A stretch of DNA of 59,679 nucleotides from Bacillales bacterium UBA3946 (lineage in GTDB: Bacteria; Bacillota_I; Bacilli_A; ML615J-28; CAG-698), in contig DGDS01000024.1 of assembly GCA_002385575.1 (NCBI GenBank), positions 14,315-73,993 on the forward strand. The letters are read 5' to 3'. Each line of letters begins with the position of its first letter. Positions within the stretch are counted from its first letter, which is position 1. A program made the position numbers and the translations under genes. Of this stretch, positions 1 to 8,520 are shown piece by piece. The notes below the pieces were generated by a model. It saw nothing but the letters and a program-made list of their open reading frames with translations. It was not told where the DNA came from and searched no databases.

Positions 1-26
1 AAACGCGCCGCGCGGCGCGTTTTTTT
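1..26. terminator. Bidirectional intrinsic terminator-like hairpin at the 3' end of udk
   Basis: AAA-CGCGCCG-CG-CGGCGCG-TTTTTTT. A GC stem is flanked by an A-run and a T7 run. The T-run overlaps the udk stop (TAA, 25..27 on the minus strand). Confidence 0.55.
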
Positions 27-648
27 ATTTCTTGTTCAAGAGGTTGACGATTTTTCCGGCGATGATGTCGATCGCCACCTTGTTTTCTCCCCCTTCGGGG
101 ATGATCAGATCGGCGTACTGCATCGACGGCTCCACGAACCGCAGATGCATCGGCCGGACGGTGTTCAGGTACTGGCTGATCACTGTTTCCACGGTCCTTC
201 CCCGTTCGCGCACATCGCGACTGAGGCGGCGGATGAAACGGATATCGTCCGGGGTGTGGACGTAGAGTTTGATGTCAAATAGCGAGCGCAGTTCCGGGAT
301 CGCAAATAACATGATCCCCTCGACGACGATCACGTCGGCCGGTTGGATGACGGTCGTCTCCTTGCTTCGGTTGTGCTGCGTGAAATCGTAGTTCGGTTTC
401 TCAATTGCCTGACGCGCCTTCAGTTGGTTCAGATGCGTGATCAACAGTTCGACGTCGTAGGACGAGGGATGGTCGTAATTCACGGCTTGGCGTTCCGGCA
501 GGGAGAGATGGGAAAGGTCGCGGTAGTAGTCATCCATCCTGATGACCACGACCGAACCGAACGCTTCCGATATTTTCAGGATTTCCCGGGAAAGGGTTGT
601 TTTTCCGCTGGCGGTGCCGCCGGCGATTCCGATCAGGGTCGTTTTCAT
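25..648 (-). CDS. udk: Uridine kinase
   Basis: P-loop IGIAGGTASGKTT near the N-terminus, with DDYY, VEGI and PDDIRFIRRL..D motifs typical of Udk. The internal ATG at 648 (MKTTLIGIAGG) is preferred. The 94-aa upstream extension of the ORF has no homology-like features. Confidence 0.93.
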   Translation of the reverse strand: MKTTLIGIAGGTASGKTTLSREILKISEAFGSVVVIRMDDYYRDLSHLSLPERQAVNYDHPSSYDVELLITHLNQLKARQAIEKPNYDFTQHNRSKETTVIQPADVIVVEGIMLFAIPELRSLFDIKLYVHTPDDIRFIRRLSRDVRERGRTVETVISQYLNTVRPMHLRFVEPSMQYADLIIPEGGENKVAIDIIAGKIVNLLNKK

Positions 649-775
649 GGTTATATTATATCTTTTCGTCGCGGAAAAATCAAGAAAATGTGGAGTTGGC
701 GGGAGTAATGTGATATAATAAACATAATGGAAACTATCGGAGGGGATATGGAAGAGAGAAAGGAGAAGATGAGAT

Positions 776-2803
776 TTGATGCGTATTTTAAATATCGGCA
801 GGAAGGTGTTGATCGCGTTCCTGGCGGTCTCTGTGTTGCTTTTTGTTATTCCGGCGAAAACCGTCAAAGGCGCTGAGGAAGAGAAGCGGACCTTTGAATT
901 CCGGGGCGCCTGGGTCGCTACCGTAACCAATATCGATATTGGAAAACAAAGCGGAACTTCCGCGGCCGCGATCGAAGCCTACAAACAGGAATTTCTGCGG
1001 ATACTCGATGTTTTCGAGGAATACAACCTTAACGTCGTGATCTTCCAGGTCCGGCCCTTGAACGACGCCTTTTACAAATCCTCAATCAACCCGTGGAGCC
1101 GTTTTTTGACCGGCACCGAGGGGCTTGATCCCGGTTGGGATCCGATGGCATGGATGATCGAGGAGACGCATAAGCGGAACATGGAGTTCCACGCCTGGAT
1201 GAACCCCTACCGCGCTTCTTTGGAAGCCGTTCCAATCCATGGCGATTACGAGGCTCAAAAACTAGCATATCTGGCGACGCTGGACGATAAGAACTTCGCG
1301 AAACAAAATCCTGACATGCTCGTCAGGGGCGTTCACGACAGCAGCACCGGTATGGCGCGCCTGCTTCTCAACCCAGCGCGGCCGGAAGTGCGCCAGCATA
1401 TCCTGAATACGATATCCGAAGTCATTCATAAATATGACGTTGACGCCATTCATTTTGACGACTATTTTTATAACGGCGTTGATGCTTCCGAGGACATGGC
1501 CGATTACAACCAATACAAACAGGCCGGCGGGAAGCTTACCCATCGCGACTGGCGTTGCGAGCAGGTAAACATCCTGATCGAGGGCATTCACGACCTGATC
1601 GAAAACCTTAATGACAAACTTGGGAAAAAAGTCGAGTTCGGCATCAGCCCGGCCGGCGTCTGGGCGCCCGGTCCGAGTTGCCCCGCTCCGTACGGCCAAC
1701 CGGGCGGTATGGAAGGACTTCAGACGTGCTACAGCTACAGTTCGTACGTCGATCTCTACGCCGACACGCGTAAGTGGGTCAGGGAGGAATGGATTGACTA
1801 CATCCTTCCCCAGAATTACGGTTCCTTCTATCGTCCCAACCATAAGGTCATCACCTCATGGTGGGCGAACGAGGTTAAGACAACGAGCGTGAAATTATAT
1901 ATCGGGCTTGCGCCGTATCAGTACAATTCCTATAACGACGGTTGGGATATTCCCGACATGAGCGACCAAATGGATTGGGGCTATTCGTTTGATACGGTCA
2001 GCGGTTTTTCGATGTACAACATCACGAACCTTAGAAGGTCGACCAATGACAAAATGCGCGTCGCCCTGAACAACCTGAAGACGCGCTGGAACGAGCCGGT
2101 GTTCCTACCGATGAAGGAGATCAAGACCGTTTCCGCCTATAACCAGCCGGAGATCACGATCGACCGGAACAATCAGTTCACGACCCTCACCTTTGCTCCG
2201 AACGAAGGCGCCTACGCCTATGCCGTATACCGCGCGAAGGGGTCCGGAACCTTTAATCTCGCCAATGCGAAGATATTTGACATCGTCTATAACCGCGACG
2301 AGCCGATGCGCATGGAATACGCTTCGGAACGGGATAAGACCTACCAGTATTACATCAGGACCCTGTACGCCGACGGGACGTTCGGCGACGACATATTGCA
2401 CATCACGGTCGACCCCTATACCTATAACGCCGCCCCGGAACTGAAAAACGTTTCGCTTGGCATTTCACTATTGGTCGTGCCGGGGAAGACGATGCTTGAG
2501 ATCAGCGGCGAGGTGTTCGACGCGGACGGCGACCCATTGACCGTTACGATCAAGCCCAGCACACGGATCTTATCCGAGCAGACGCTTACAAACGTCACGG
2601 GTGAATTCGTGAAGGAGATCTACATTCCCGACCTGTCGTTTAACCGGGTGTATTTCACTATTACCCTAAGCGACGGAGTGGAATCGGTGAGCGTGCGGAC
2701 CAGGCCGTTTTACGCCCCCGCTAGTAATTATTCGCTGCTGGAACAGCATATGATAACAATGGAGATCATCACTAACGATACGGTGGAGAGAATATACAGA
2801 TAG
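776..2803 (+). CDS. Secreted glycoside hydrolase-like 10 (GHL10/DUF187, YngK-like) protein with C-terminal Ig-like region
   Basis: N-terminal signal peptide (RKVLIAFLAVSVLLFVIPAKTVKG). FRGAWVATV..NID, FQVRP..DAFY, EFHAWMNPYR and IHFDDYFY motifs fit the GHL10 family. The start is TTG 776 or ATG 779, because an in-frame TGA lies at 770. Confidence 0.8.
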   Translation: MMRILNIGRKVLIAFLAVSVLLFVIPAKTVKGAEEEKRTFEFRGAWVATVTNIDIGKQSGTSAAAIEAYKQEFLRILDVFEEYNLNVVIFQVRPLNDAFYKSSINPWSRFLTGTEGLDPGWDPMAWMIEETHKRNMEFHAWMNPYRASLEAVPIHGDYEAQKLAYLATLDDKNFAKQNPDMLVRGVHDSSTGMARLLLNPARPEVRQHILNTISEVIHKYDVDAIHFDDYFYNGVDASEDMADYNQYKQAGGKLTHRDWRCEQVNILIEGIHDLIENLNDKLGKKVEFGISPAGVWAPGPSCPAPYGQPGGMEGLQTCYSYSSYVDLYADTRKWVREEWIDYILPQNYGSFYRPNHKVITSWWANEVKTTSVKLYIGLAPYQYNSYNDGWDIPDMSDQMDWGYSFDTVSGFSMYNITNLRRSTNDKMRVALNNLKTRWNEPVFLPMKEIKTVSAYNQPEITIDRNNQFTTLTFAPNEGAYAYAVYRAKGSGTFNLANAKIFDIVYNRDEPMRMEYASERDKTYQYYIRTLYADGTFGDDILHITVDPYTYNAAPELKNVSLGISLLVVPGKTMLEISGEVFDADGDPLTVTIKPSTRILSEQTLTNVTGEFVKEIYIPDLSFNRVYFTITLSDGVESVSVRTRPFYAPASNYSLLEQHMITMEIITNDTVERIYR

Positions 2804-2814
2804 GGTGAGTTTTT

Positions 2815-3501
2815 ATGGATATCGCGAATACGGTTCTGAAAGGAGCGCTTGGGGCCGGGCTGATCTTTTTCATCCTCAATAACGTCATCAAACGCCTGAA
2901 AACCAAAACCAAGGCCTGGATCAACGTCGGCGTCGGAGTTGCACTTTCCGGCCTGTTCGGCCTGGCGCTTGTGGTCGATTTTCCCGAAAGCGGCCGCGAT
3001 GCCCGGCTCTTTAACATCACGTTCATGGCCAGCGTGTTTACGATCGCGTTATCCTATGCCCTATACTACTTTATCAGCGGTTACGGCTTTGCCTTCGCCC
3101 GTACCCGCGATCTGGAAAGCAAGTTTTATTACCAGGAATTCGTATATCTCATTTTCCGCCATGGTAACGTCTTTTACCTGAAAAAAGACAAGAACGGCTT
3201 CTATAGCGGCGTTGTCTCCAAGGCGAAAAAGTCGCGTTTTCTCGAGGACGTGATCAACGAACTGTTGCAGGAAACGCGTGTTGGAATTAGCGCTTCCGCC
3301 GTCACGAAAGTCGGAAAGCTTACCTTTAGGGAGCCCAAGGAGATCTATCACTGCTTTTACGCGGATGGGCCGGTGATAGACGGGCTTGAAGGCTTCGAAG
3401 AAGTGAACGCCTACGAGGCGGCCACCCTTCCGATGCGGGAACTGGACAAGGAGATCATTTTCCGTATCATCATCAGGGAAAAATTCGATATCGAAAAATA
3501 G
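2815..3501 (+). CDS. Membrane-anchored hypothetical protein; C-terminal domain resembles a degenerate Nudix fold
   Basis: RBS AGGGTGAG precedes ATG 2815. There are 3 predicted TM segments in the first ~95 aa. The C-terminal region GVVSKAKKSRFLEDVINELLQETRVGI loosely fits the Nudix box with substitutions. Confidence 0.6.
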   Translation: MDIANTVLKGALGAGLIFFILNNVIKRLKTKTKAWINVGVGVALSGLFGLALVVDFPESGRDARLFNITFMASVFTIALSYALYYFISGYGFAFARTRDLESKFYYQEFVYLIFRHGNVFYLKKDKNGFYSGVVSKAKKSRFLEDVINELLQETRVGISASAVTKVGKLTFREPKEIYHCFYADGPVIDGLEGFEEVNAYEAATLPMRELDKEIIFRIIIREKFDIEK

Positions 3502-3509
3502 GTGTTGCC

Positions 3510-4373
3510 ATGAAGGTGCAGTTGATCCTTGAGGGCGGCGGTGCGCGCGGGGCTTATACGGCCGGCGTTCTCGATCTTTTCATTGAAAAAGGACTCAGGT
3601 TTTTAAACGTCATCGGCGTGAGCGCCGGCGCCTATAACGCCGTCTCCTATAAATCGTGGCAATACAAGCGCAATTTCGAGATCATTACGAAATTCGCCGA
3701 TGATAAAAGATATTGCGGGATCAGACCGCTCTTACGCCACGGAAACATCTTCGGCTTTGATTTCATCTTCAAAGTCATCGCGAAGGAACTCTTACCTTTC
3801 GATTACGAGGCCTTTGTCCAAAGCCCGATCGCGATCGAGGCCGTCGTGACCAACATCATCACCGGTTGTCCCGAGTATTATCCGATCGCGGACCTGGAGC
3901 GGGACCTGCCATACCTTAGGGCATCCTGCTCGATTCCCGGCCTGAGCCGGATCGTCACCTACCAGGGCAAGAAGATGCTGGACGGCAGTATCACCGACTC
4001 GATCCCCGTCAAAAGATCGATCGAGTCCGGTTATGACCGGCAGGTCGTCGTCCTGACCCGCGCCGCCGGTTACCGGAAGAAACGCATCCGTTCCATGCGG
4101 ATGATCAGGATCCGCTATCCGCGCTTTCCCCGCCTGGCGGCGGCGCTGCGCAACCGCTACGTCCGCTATAACCAGACGTTGGATCTGATCGGTGCTCTGG
4201 AAGCGGAAAACCGGGCGTTTGTGATCAGGCCTGACCGGGTGGAGATCGGCCGCTTTGAAAAAGACAAGGACAAGCTCCTAACTTTATACGAACAGGGCTA
4301 CCGAGACGCCGCGGCGCGGTACGATGCGCTTCTGGCGTTTGTTTCGGGAGCCGAGAACGTTATAACGGTATAA
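3510..4373 (+). CDS. Patatin-like phospholipase
   Basis: Oxyanion motif GGGARG, nucleophile elbow GVSAG (GxSxG) and catalytic Asp motif DGS(ITD), in the canonical order. Confidence 0.88.
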   Translation: MKVQLILEGGGARGAYTAGVLDLFIEKGLRFLNVIGVSAGAYNAVSYKSWQYKRNFEIITKFADDKRYCGIRPLLRHGNIFGFDFIFKVIAKELLPFDYEAFVQSPIAIEAVVTNIITGCPEYYPIADLERDLPYLRASCSIPGLSRIVTYQGKKMLDGSITDSIPVKRSIESGYDRQVVVLTRAAGYRKKRIRSMRMIRIRYPRFPRLAAALRNRYVRYNQTLDLIGALEAENRAFVIRPDRVEIGRFEKDKDKLLTLYEQGYRDAAARYDALLAFVSGAENVITV

Positions 4374-4378
4374 AAAAT

Positions 4379-4410
4379 AAGACATGGCATTTATCAGCCA
4401 TGTCTTTTTT
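4379..4410. terminator. Bidirectional intrinsic terminator between the convergent patatin and MATE genes
   Basis: AAGACATGGC-loop-GCCATGTCTT stem with T6 on the plus strand and a T-rich run on the minus strand. It overlaps the MATE stop codon. Confidence 0.75.
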
Positions 4411-5809
4411 ATTCCTGGATAACGGATATTTGTTGGGCGGCGAGTTTGCTTGCGAAGGCGGCCTTGATGGTGCGCTGGAACACCGGGTAAAACACCGCCG
4501 CCACAATCAGTTCGGAGATTGGGAAGGCAAGCCAGATATATCCCAATCCAAGGAACTTCCCCAACAGGTACGCGGAGGGTATCAGCAACACGACCTGGCG
4601 GAGGATCGACATCATTAACGCCGATCGGCCGTGGCTGATCGACTGGAAGGAAATCGTCAGGATGATGCCGAAAGCGGCCGGAAGGAACGCGACGCTGATG
4701 ATCCGGAAGGCGTTTCTGCCGATGGCGATCGTTTCCGCCTCCTTGGTGAAAATCTTGATCAATGTTTCCGGCATCGCCTGGAAGATGATAAATCCGACCA
4801 ACAGAATCACAAAGGCCGACCTCAGCATCAGTTTGAAGGTGCGATGATAGCGGCCCTTGTCCGCAGCGCCGTAGTTATATGAAAGGATCGGCAGTCCGCC
4901 CTGGTTCAGGCCGAAGACCGGCATGAACACGAAGTTCTGGATCTTAAAATACAGGGTTAGGACGGCGTTGGCCCTTTCCTGGGTATCGATGCTTTTCAGG
5001 ATGTTGTTCAGGAGAATGTTGACGACCGAACTCACGGAGTTCATCAGAATCGTCGGGGCGCCCGTCTTGAGGATTTCCCCGACGTAGCGGCCCTTGATCC
5101 GGAAGTTCTTCAAGCCCAGATCGATATCGATTTTCCGCGTAAACATGTAGATGAGGACGAAGACCATCGCGCAGCCCTGGGCAAAGATCGTCGCGATCGC
5201 GGCGCCCTTGACGCCGAGGGCGGGGAAGCCCAGCCAGCCGAAGATCAGGATCGGGTCAAGGATAATGTTAACGACGGCGCCGATGATCTGCGTGACCATC
5301 GGAATGACCATCCGGCCCTGGCCTTGCAGGATCCGGTTGCTTACGATCTCCACGAACAAAAAGACGCTGAACATCATGATCACCTGCAGGTACTGTTGGC
5401 CGTGGTAAATGATCTCGGGAATGTCCGACATCAGATCCATGAACGGTCCGGCCGCGAAAAAACTCAGCGCGAGGAAGACGACTCCGGAGACGACGGCCAT
5501 GACCAGGCCCGTCTGCGCGACGTTGGAAGCCGCCGGTTTGTCTTGCTCGCCAAGCTTGCGGGCGACGAGGACGGTCGTCCCGACGCCGATGCCGAGGGCG
5601 AAGGCCATGATGATGATCTGAACAGGCATGGCATAGCCAACGGCGGTAATCATGACGTTGCTTTCGGGATCGATCAGGGAAACATAGAAAGTGTCGACGA
5701 CGTTGTATAACGCCTGGATGAGCATCGAGGTAATCGCCGGGATGCTCATCGTCGCGAGCAGCCGCCCGACGGGCATATTGCGCATTTTCAGACTTTTTTC
5801 CGCGTTCAT
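4409..5809 (-). CDS. MATE family efflux transporter
   Basis: 466 aa with ~12 TM segments. The N-terminus PVGRLLATMSIPAITSMLIQALYNVVDTFYVS is typical of MATE/NorM-like proteins. RBS AGGTGA is upstream. Confidence 0.9.
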   Translation of the reverse strand: MNAEKSLKMRNMPVGRLLATMSIPAITSMLIQALYNVVDTFYVSLIDPESNVMITAVGYAMPVQIIIMAFALGIGVGTTVLVARKLGEQDKPAASNVAQTGLVMAVVSGVVFLALSFFAAGPFMDLMSDIPEIIYHGQQYLQVIMMFSVFLFVEIVSNRILQGQGRMVIPMVTQIIGAVVNIILDPILIFGWLGFPALGVKGAAIATIFAQGCAMVFVLIYMFTRKIDIDLGLKNFRIKGRYVGEILKTGAPTILMNSVSSVVNILLNNILKSIDTQERANAVLTLYFKIQNFVFMPVFGLNQGGLPILSYNYGAADKGRYHRTFKLMLRSAFVILLVGFIIFQAMPETLIKIFTKEAETIAIGRNAFRIISVAFLPAAFGIILTISFQSISHGRSALMMSILRQVVLLIPSAYLLGKFLGLGYIWLAFPISELIVAAVFYPVFQRTIKAAFASKLAAQQISVIQE

Positions 5810-5835
5810 TGAATCACCTGGTATCTGTATTATAT

Positions 5836-5864
5836 GAAAAGAGAGGAGGGTTACTCCTCTTTTT
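5836..5864 (-). terminator. Intrinsic terminator downstream of nrdJ
   Basis: On the minus strand: AGAGGAG-TAACC-CTCCTCT followed by CTTTTC, immediately after the nrdJ TAG stop. Confidence 0.55.
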
Positions 5865-8387
5865 CTATAGCCCGCATTTCAACTGGGCGTTGCAGTTTGT
5901 GCAAGTGTTACAGCCGCCGATGTCCTCGACCGTGCCCTCAAGGCAGATCGGGCAGATATCGCCGATTTCCACACCGATGTTGCGATTGGCCTTGGTCGGT
6001 GCGCTCGCCTGCTTTTCCTTCTTCGCGGCCGTTTTTTCCTCGATCATGATGCCGAGGTCGGTCAGTTCGACCTGCTTCGGCGTCGTTTGTTCTTTCTTCA
6101 ACGTCAACACCTGGGCGTCGCGGCTTCCATCCACATAGACGGTCCCGCCTTTAGCCTTGCCCTTATAGAGGCGCATGTACAGCCTTTCGACGTCCTCGAC
6201 GGTGTAGTCGCGCGGCGCGTTGACGGTCTTGGAGATCGAGGAGTCGACCCAGCGCTGGATGATGCACTGCACGTCGGCGTGCTCTTCCGGCGTCAGGTCC
6301 ATCGCCGAGACGAAGATGTCAGGCAGCGGCTTGTTCTGGTATTCCGGATAGAGTTCCAGATACTTGTCCACGATCGGCGCGTTCACTTCCATGAACTTGC
6401 CGAGGCGGCCGCTCCGGTAATATTTAAAGGCGTAATACGGTTCAAGCCCCGTCGATACCCCGACCATCGTCCCGGTCGAGCCGGTTGGCGCAATCGTAAG
6501 CAGGTGGGAGTTGCGAATGCCGTGTTTGAGGATGTTTTCCCTGATATAGGCAGGCATCCGTTTCATGTAACCAGACTCGATGAACTTCTGGCGGGAACCG
6601 TACTGGTCGAGAAAGGGGAAGCTGCCCTTCTCGGCCGCGAGTTCGATCGAAGCCTCGTAGGCCTTCGTCGCCAGGAATTCGAAGAGTTCGTCGACGAAAC
6701 GGTTGGCCTCCTTACTGCCGTAACGTAGATTGCAATAGATCAACAGGTCGTGCAGACCCATGATGCCAAGTCCGATCCGCCTTTCCCCGAGCGCCTGGAC
6801 GCGGTTTTCCTCGAGGAAGTAGGTCGTCCGGTCGATGACGTTGTCCTGCATCCGGATCGCGGTCTTGATAGTCCGTTCGAACTTGTCCCAATCGACCGCA
6901 TGTTTTTCCGGAATCGCCATGTTGGCGAGATTGATCGCCGCCAGGTTGCATACCGAATACGGCGCCAGCGGCTGTTCCCCGCAGGGGTTGGTGCATACGA
7001 CCTTTTGCCCGTAGGCGCGGGCGTTGGTCATCTCGTTGGCATTGTCGAGGAAGAAGATCCCCGGTTCCGCCGAGTAGGTGGCGCAGATGTTGATCAGGTT
7101 CCACAACTCGCGAGCGCGGATCCGTTTATATACCTTGACGCGGTAGCCAAGTTTTTCCCACTCCCGGACGTCGCCGATCAGATGCCATTTTTCATCGTAG
7201 GCGGCTTTCTCGCCGGGGGTGTAGTTATCGATATCGGGGAAACGCAGTTCGTACATCAGGTCGTTCTCTACGGCGTTCATGAATTCCTTGGTGATCGCGA
7301 CCGAGATGTTGGCCCCGGAGAGGAACTCGGGGGAGTTGACCTGATAGGTTCCCTGTGCCTTGAGGATTTCCTCCGCCCGGTTGAGCGTCGCCTTGCTTAC
7401 GGCCAAAGGATCGCGACGTCCCAATTCGACGATTATCTCGTACATCTCGACCTCCTCGTCGGAGAGCGGGATGAACTTCAGTTTGTTCCGGGCTTCCCTG
7501 ATGATGTCCTCGTCGGAGAGGTTGTCGATCAGGAACTGGAGGATGCGCGGGTTCTGCATCTTGCTTATGATGAATTCGATGATGTCCGGGTGCCAGTCCG
7601 CAAGCATGATCATCTGCGCGCCGCGGCGCGATCCGCCCTGCTCCACAAGATGGGTCAGTTGCGAAAGGTCGTGCAGCCAACTGACGGCCCCGCTCGATTT
7701 ACCACCGACGCCCTTGGCCAGGGAATTCTTCGGCCGCAGCGTCGAGCCGTTGGTGCCGACGCCACCGCCCCTGGACATGATCTCCATGACCTTTTGCCGG
7801 TGCATGCTGATTCCGCCGCGGGAATCATGCACGAACGGCATGACAAAGCAGTTGAAATAAGTGACGGCGGTCTGCGAGCCCGCTCCGAACAGGACGCGTC
7901 CGGCCGGAACGAGATTCAGGCTGCTTAACTCATGATAGAAATGCTGGATTGTCTCAAAGGTCTCCCCCGTCCCCAGGTTGTTGGCGACGCGGTGGCAGAT
8001 CTGTTCATAAAAGAGTTCCAGGGGTTTGTCAATGGAACTGATGTTGCGTTTGATCAGACCGTCTCCGGTCGCGGCATCTGAGCACATGCCGGCATATTCC
8101 GGTTCCAGCCTGATATACGCATAGTCATCTTCGATTTTTTCGATGTACCCGATTCCCCGCGAGGGAAACTTGGGATCGTCCTTTATGATGCACAGGACTA
8201 GATCGCCGACGGACAGGGACACGTGGTTAATGTCCTTCTGCGCATACCGGTCCAGCATCACCAAACGCGATACACCCTCGAAAGTCGTCTTCATGGTCTC
8301 GTCGATCAAGAAGAGATGAGGGAAATAAGTCTTGATATCGTTGTTGAGTTTGTTGATGAATTCCTGGGAAAATACCGGCTTACTCAT
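5865..8387 (-). CDS. nrdJ: Adenosylcobalamin-dependent (class II) ribonucleotide reductase with C-terminal Cys-rich zinc-ribbon tail
   Basis: Active-site motif TNPCGEQPL, plus LSTIAPTGS-like and SKTVN motifs. The C-terminal CPIC..x..CNTCTNC..KC matches the Cys-rich tail known for class II RNRs. No ATP-cone is present. Confidence 0.92.
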   Translation of the reverse strand: MSKPVFSQEFINKLNNDIKTYFPHLFLIDETMKTTFEGVSRLVMLDRYAQKDINHVSLSVGDLVLCIIKDDPKFPSRGIGYIEKIEDDYAYIRLEPEYAGMCSDAATGDGLIKRNISSIDKPLELFYEQICHRVANNLGTGETFETIQHFYHELSSLNLVPAGRVLFGAGSQTAVTYFNCFVMPFVHDSRGGISMHRQKVMEIMSRGGGVGTNGSTLRPKNSLAKGVGGKSSGAVSWLHDLSQLTHLVEQGGSRRGAQMIMLADWHPDIIEFIISKMQNPRILQFLIDNLSDEDIIREARNKLKFIPLSDEEVEMYEIIVELGRRDPLAVSKATLNRAEEILKAQGTYQVNSPEFLSGANISVAITKEFMNAVENDLMYELRFPDIDNYTPGEKAAYDEKWHLIGDVREWEKLGYRVKVYKRIRARELWNLINICATYSAEPGIFFLDNANEMTNARAYGQKVVCTNPCGEQPLAPYSVCNLAAINLANMAIPEKHAVDWDKFERTIKTAIRMQDNVIDRTTYFLEENRVQALGERRIGLGIMGLHDLLIYCNLRYGSKEANRFVDELFEFLATKAYEASIELAAEKGSFPFLDQYGSRQKFIESGYMKRMPAYIRENILKHGIRNSHLLTIAPTGSTGTMVGVSTGLEPYYAFKYYRSGRLGKFMEVNAPIVDKYLELYPEYQNKPLPDIFVSAMDLTPEEHADVQCIIQRWVDSSISKTVNAPRDYTVEDVERLYMRLYKGKAKGGTVYVDGSRDAQVLTLKKEQTTPKQVELTDLGIMIEEKTAAKKEKQASAPTKANRNIGVEIGDICPICLEGTVEDIGGCNTCTNCNAQLKCGL

Positions 8388-8520
8388 AAAAAATTTACCT
8401 TTCTGATGAATTCTTTAATATTATACTATAAATCGACATAAAAAAAAAGAATTAAATCGATGAAAATAATTTTCATCCAAACATATAATGATAATGGATT
8501 ATCTACGGCCGAGGTGAAGC

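Noticed and set aside
748-876. 42-codon ORF (MEERKEKMRFDAYF...) with a GGAGG nearby, overlapping the GHL10 start in another frame
   Set aside because: It is short, has no recognisable features, and overlaps the signal-peptide coding region of a well-supported gene. It is most likely fortuitous. The purine-rich stretch probably serves as the SD for the GHL10 gene.
649-930. N-terminal 94-aa extension of the udk ORF (track ORF 25..930)
   Set aside because: The extension overlaps the divergent GHL10 gene start and its promoter region and has no Udk homology. The P-loop lies 8 residues after the internal Met at 648, as in genuine Udk.
6750-7928. 392-aa plus-strand ORF inside nrdJ
   Set aside because: It is an in-register antisense shadow of the nrdJ reading frame. 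nrdJ has strong catalytic motifs and the shadow ORF has none.
8388-8520. Possible cobalamin riboswitch or NrdR box upstream of nrdJ
   Set aside because: The leader is only ~130 nt, very AT-rich, and shows no B12-box-like conserved core and no convincing NrdR palindrome pair. This cannot be excluded without an Rfam or motif scan, but nothing is visible.
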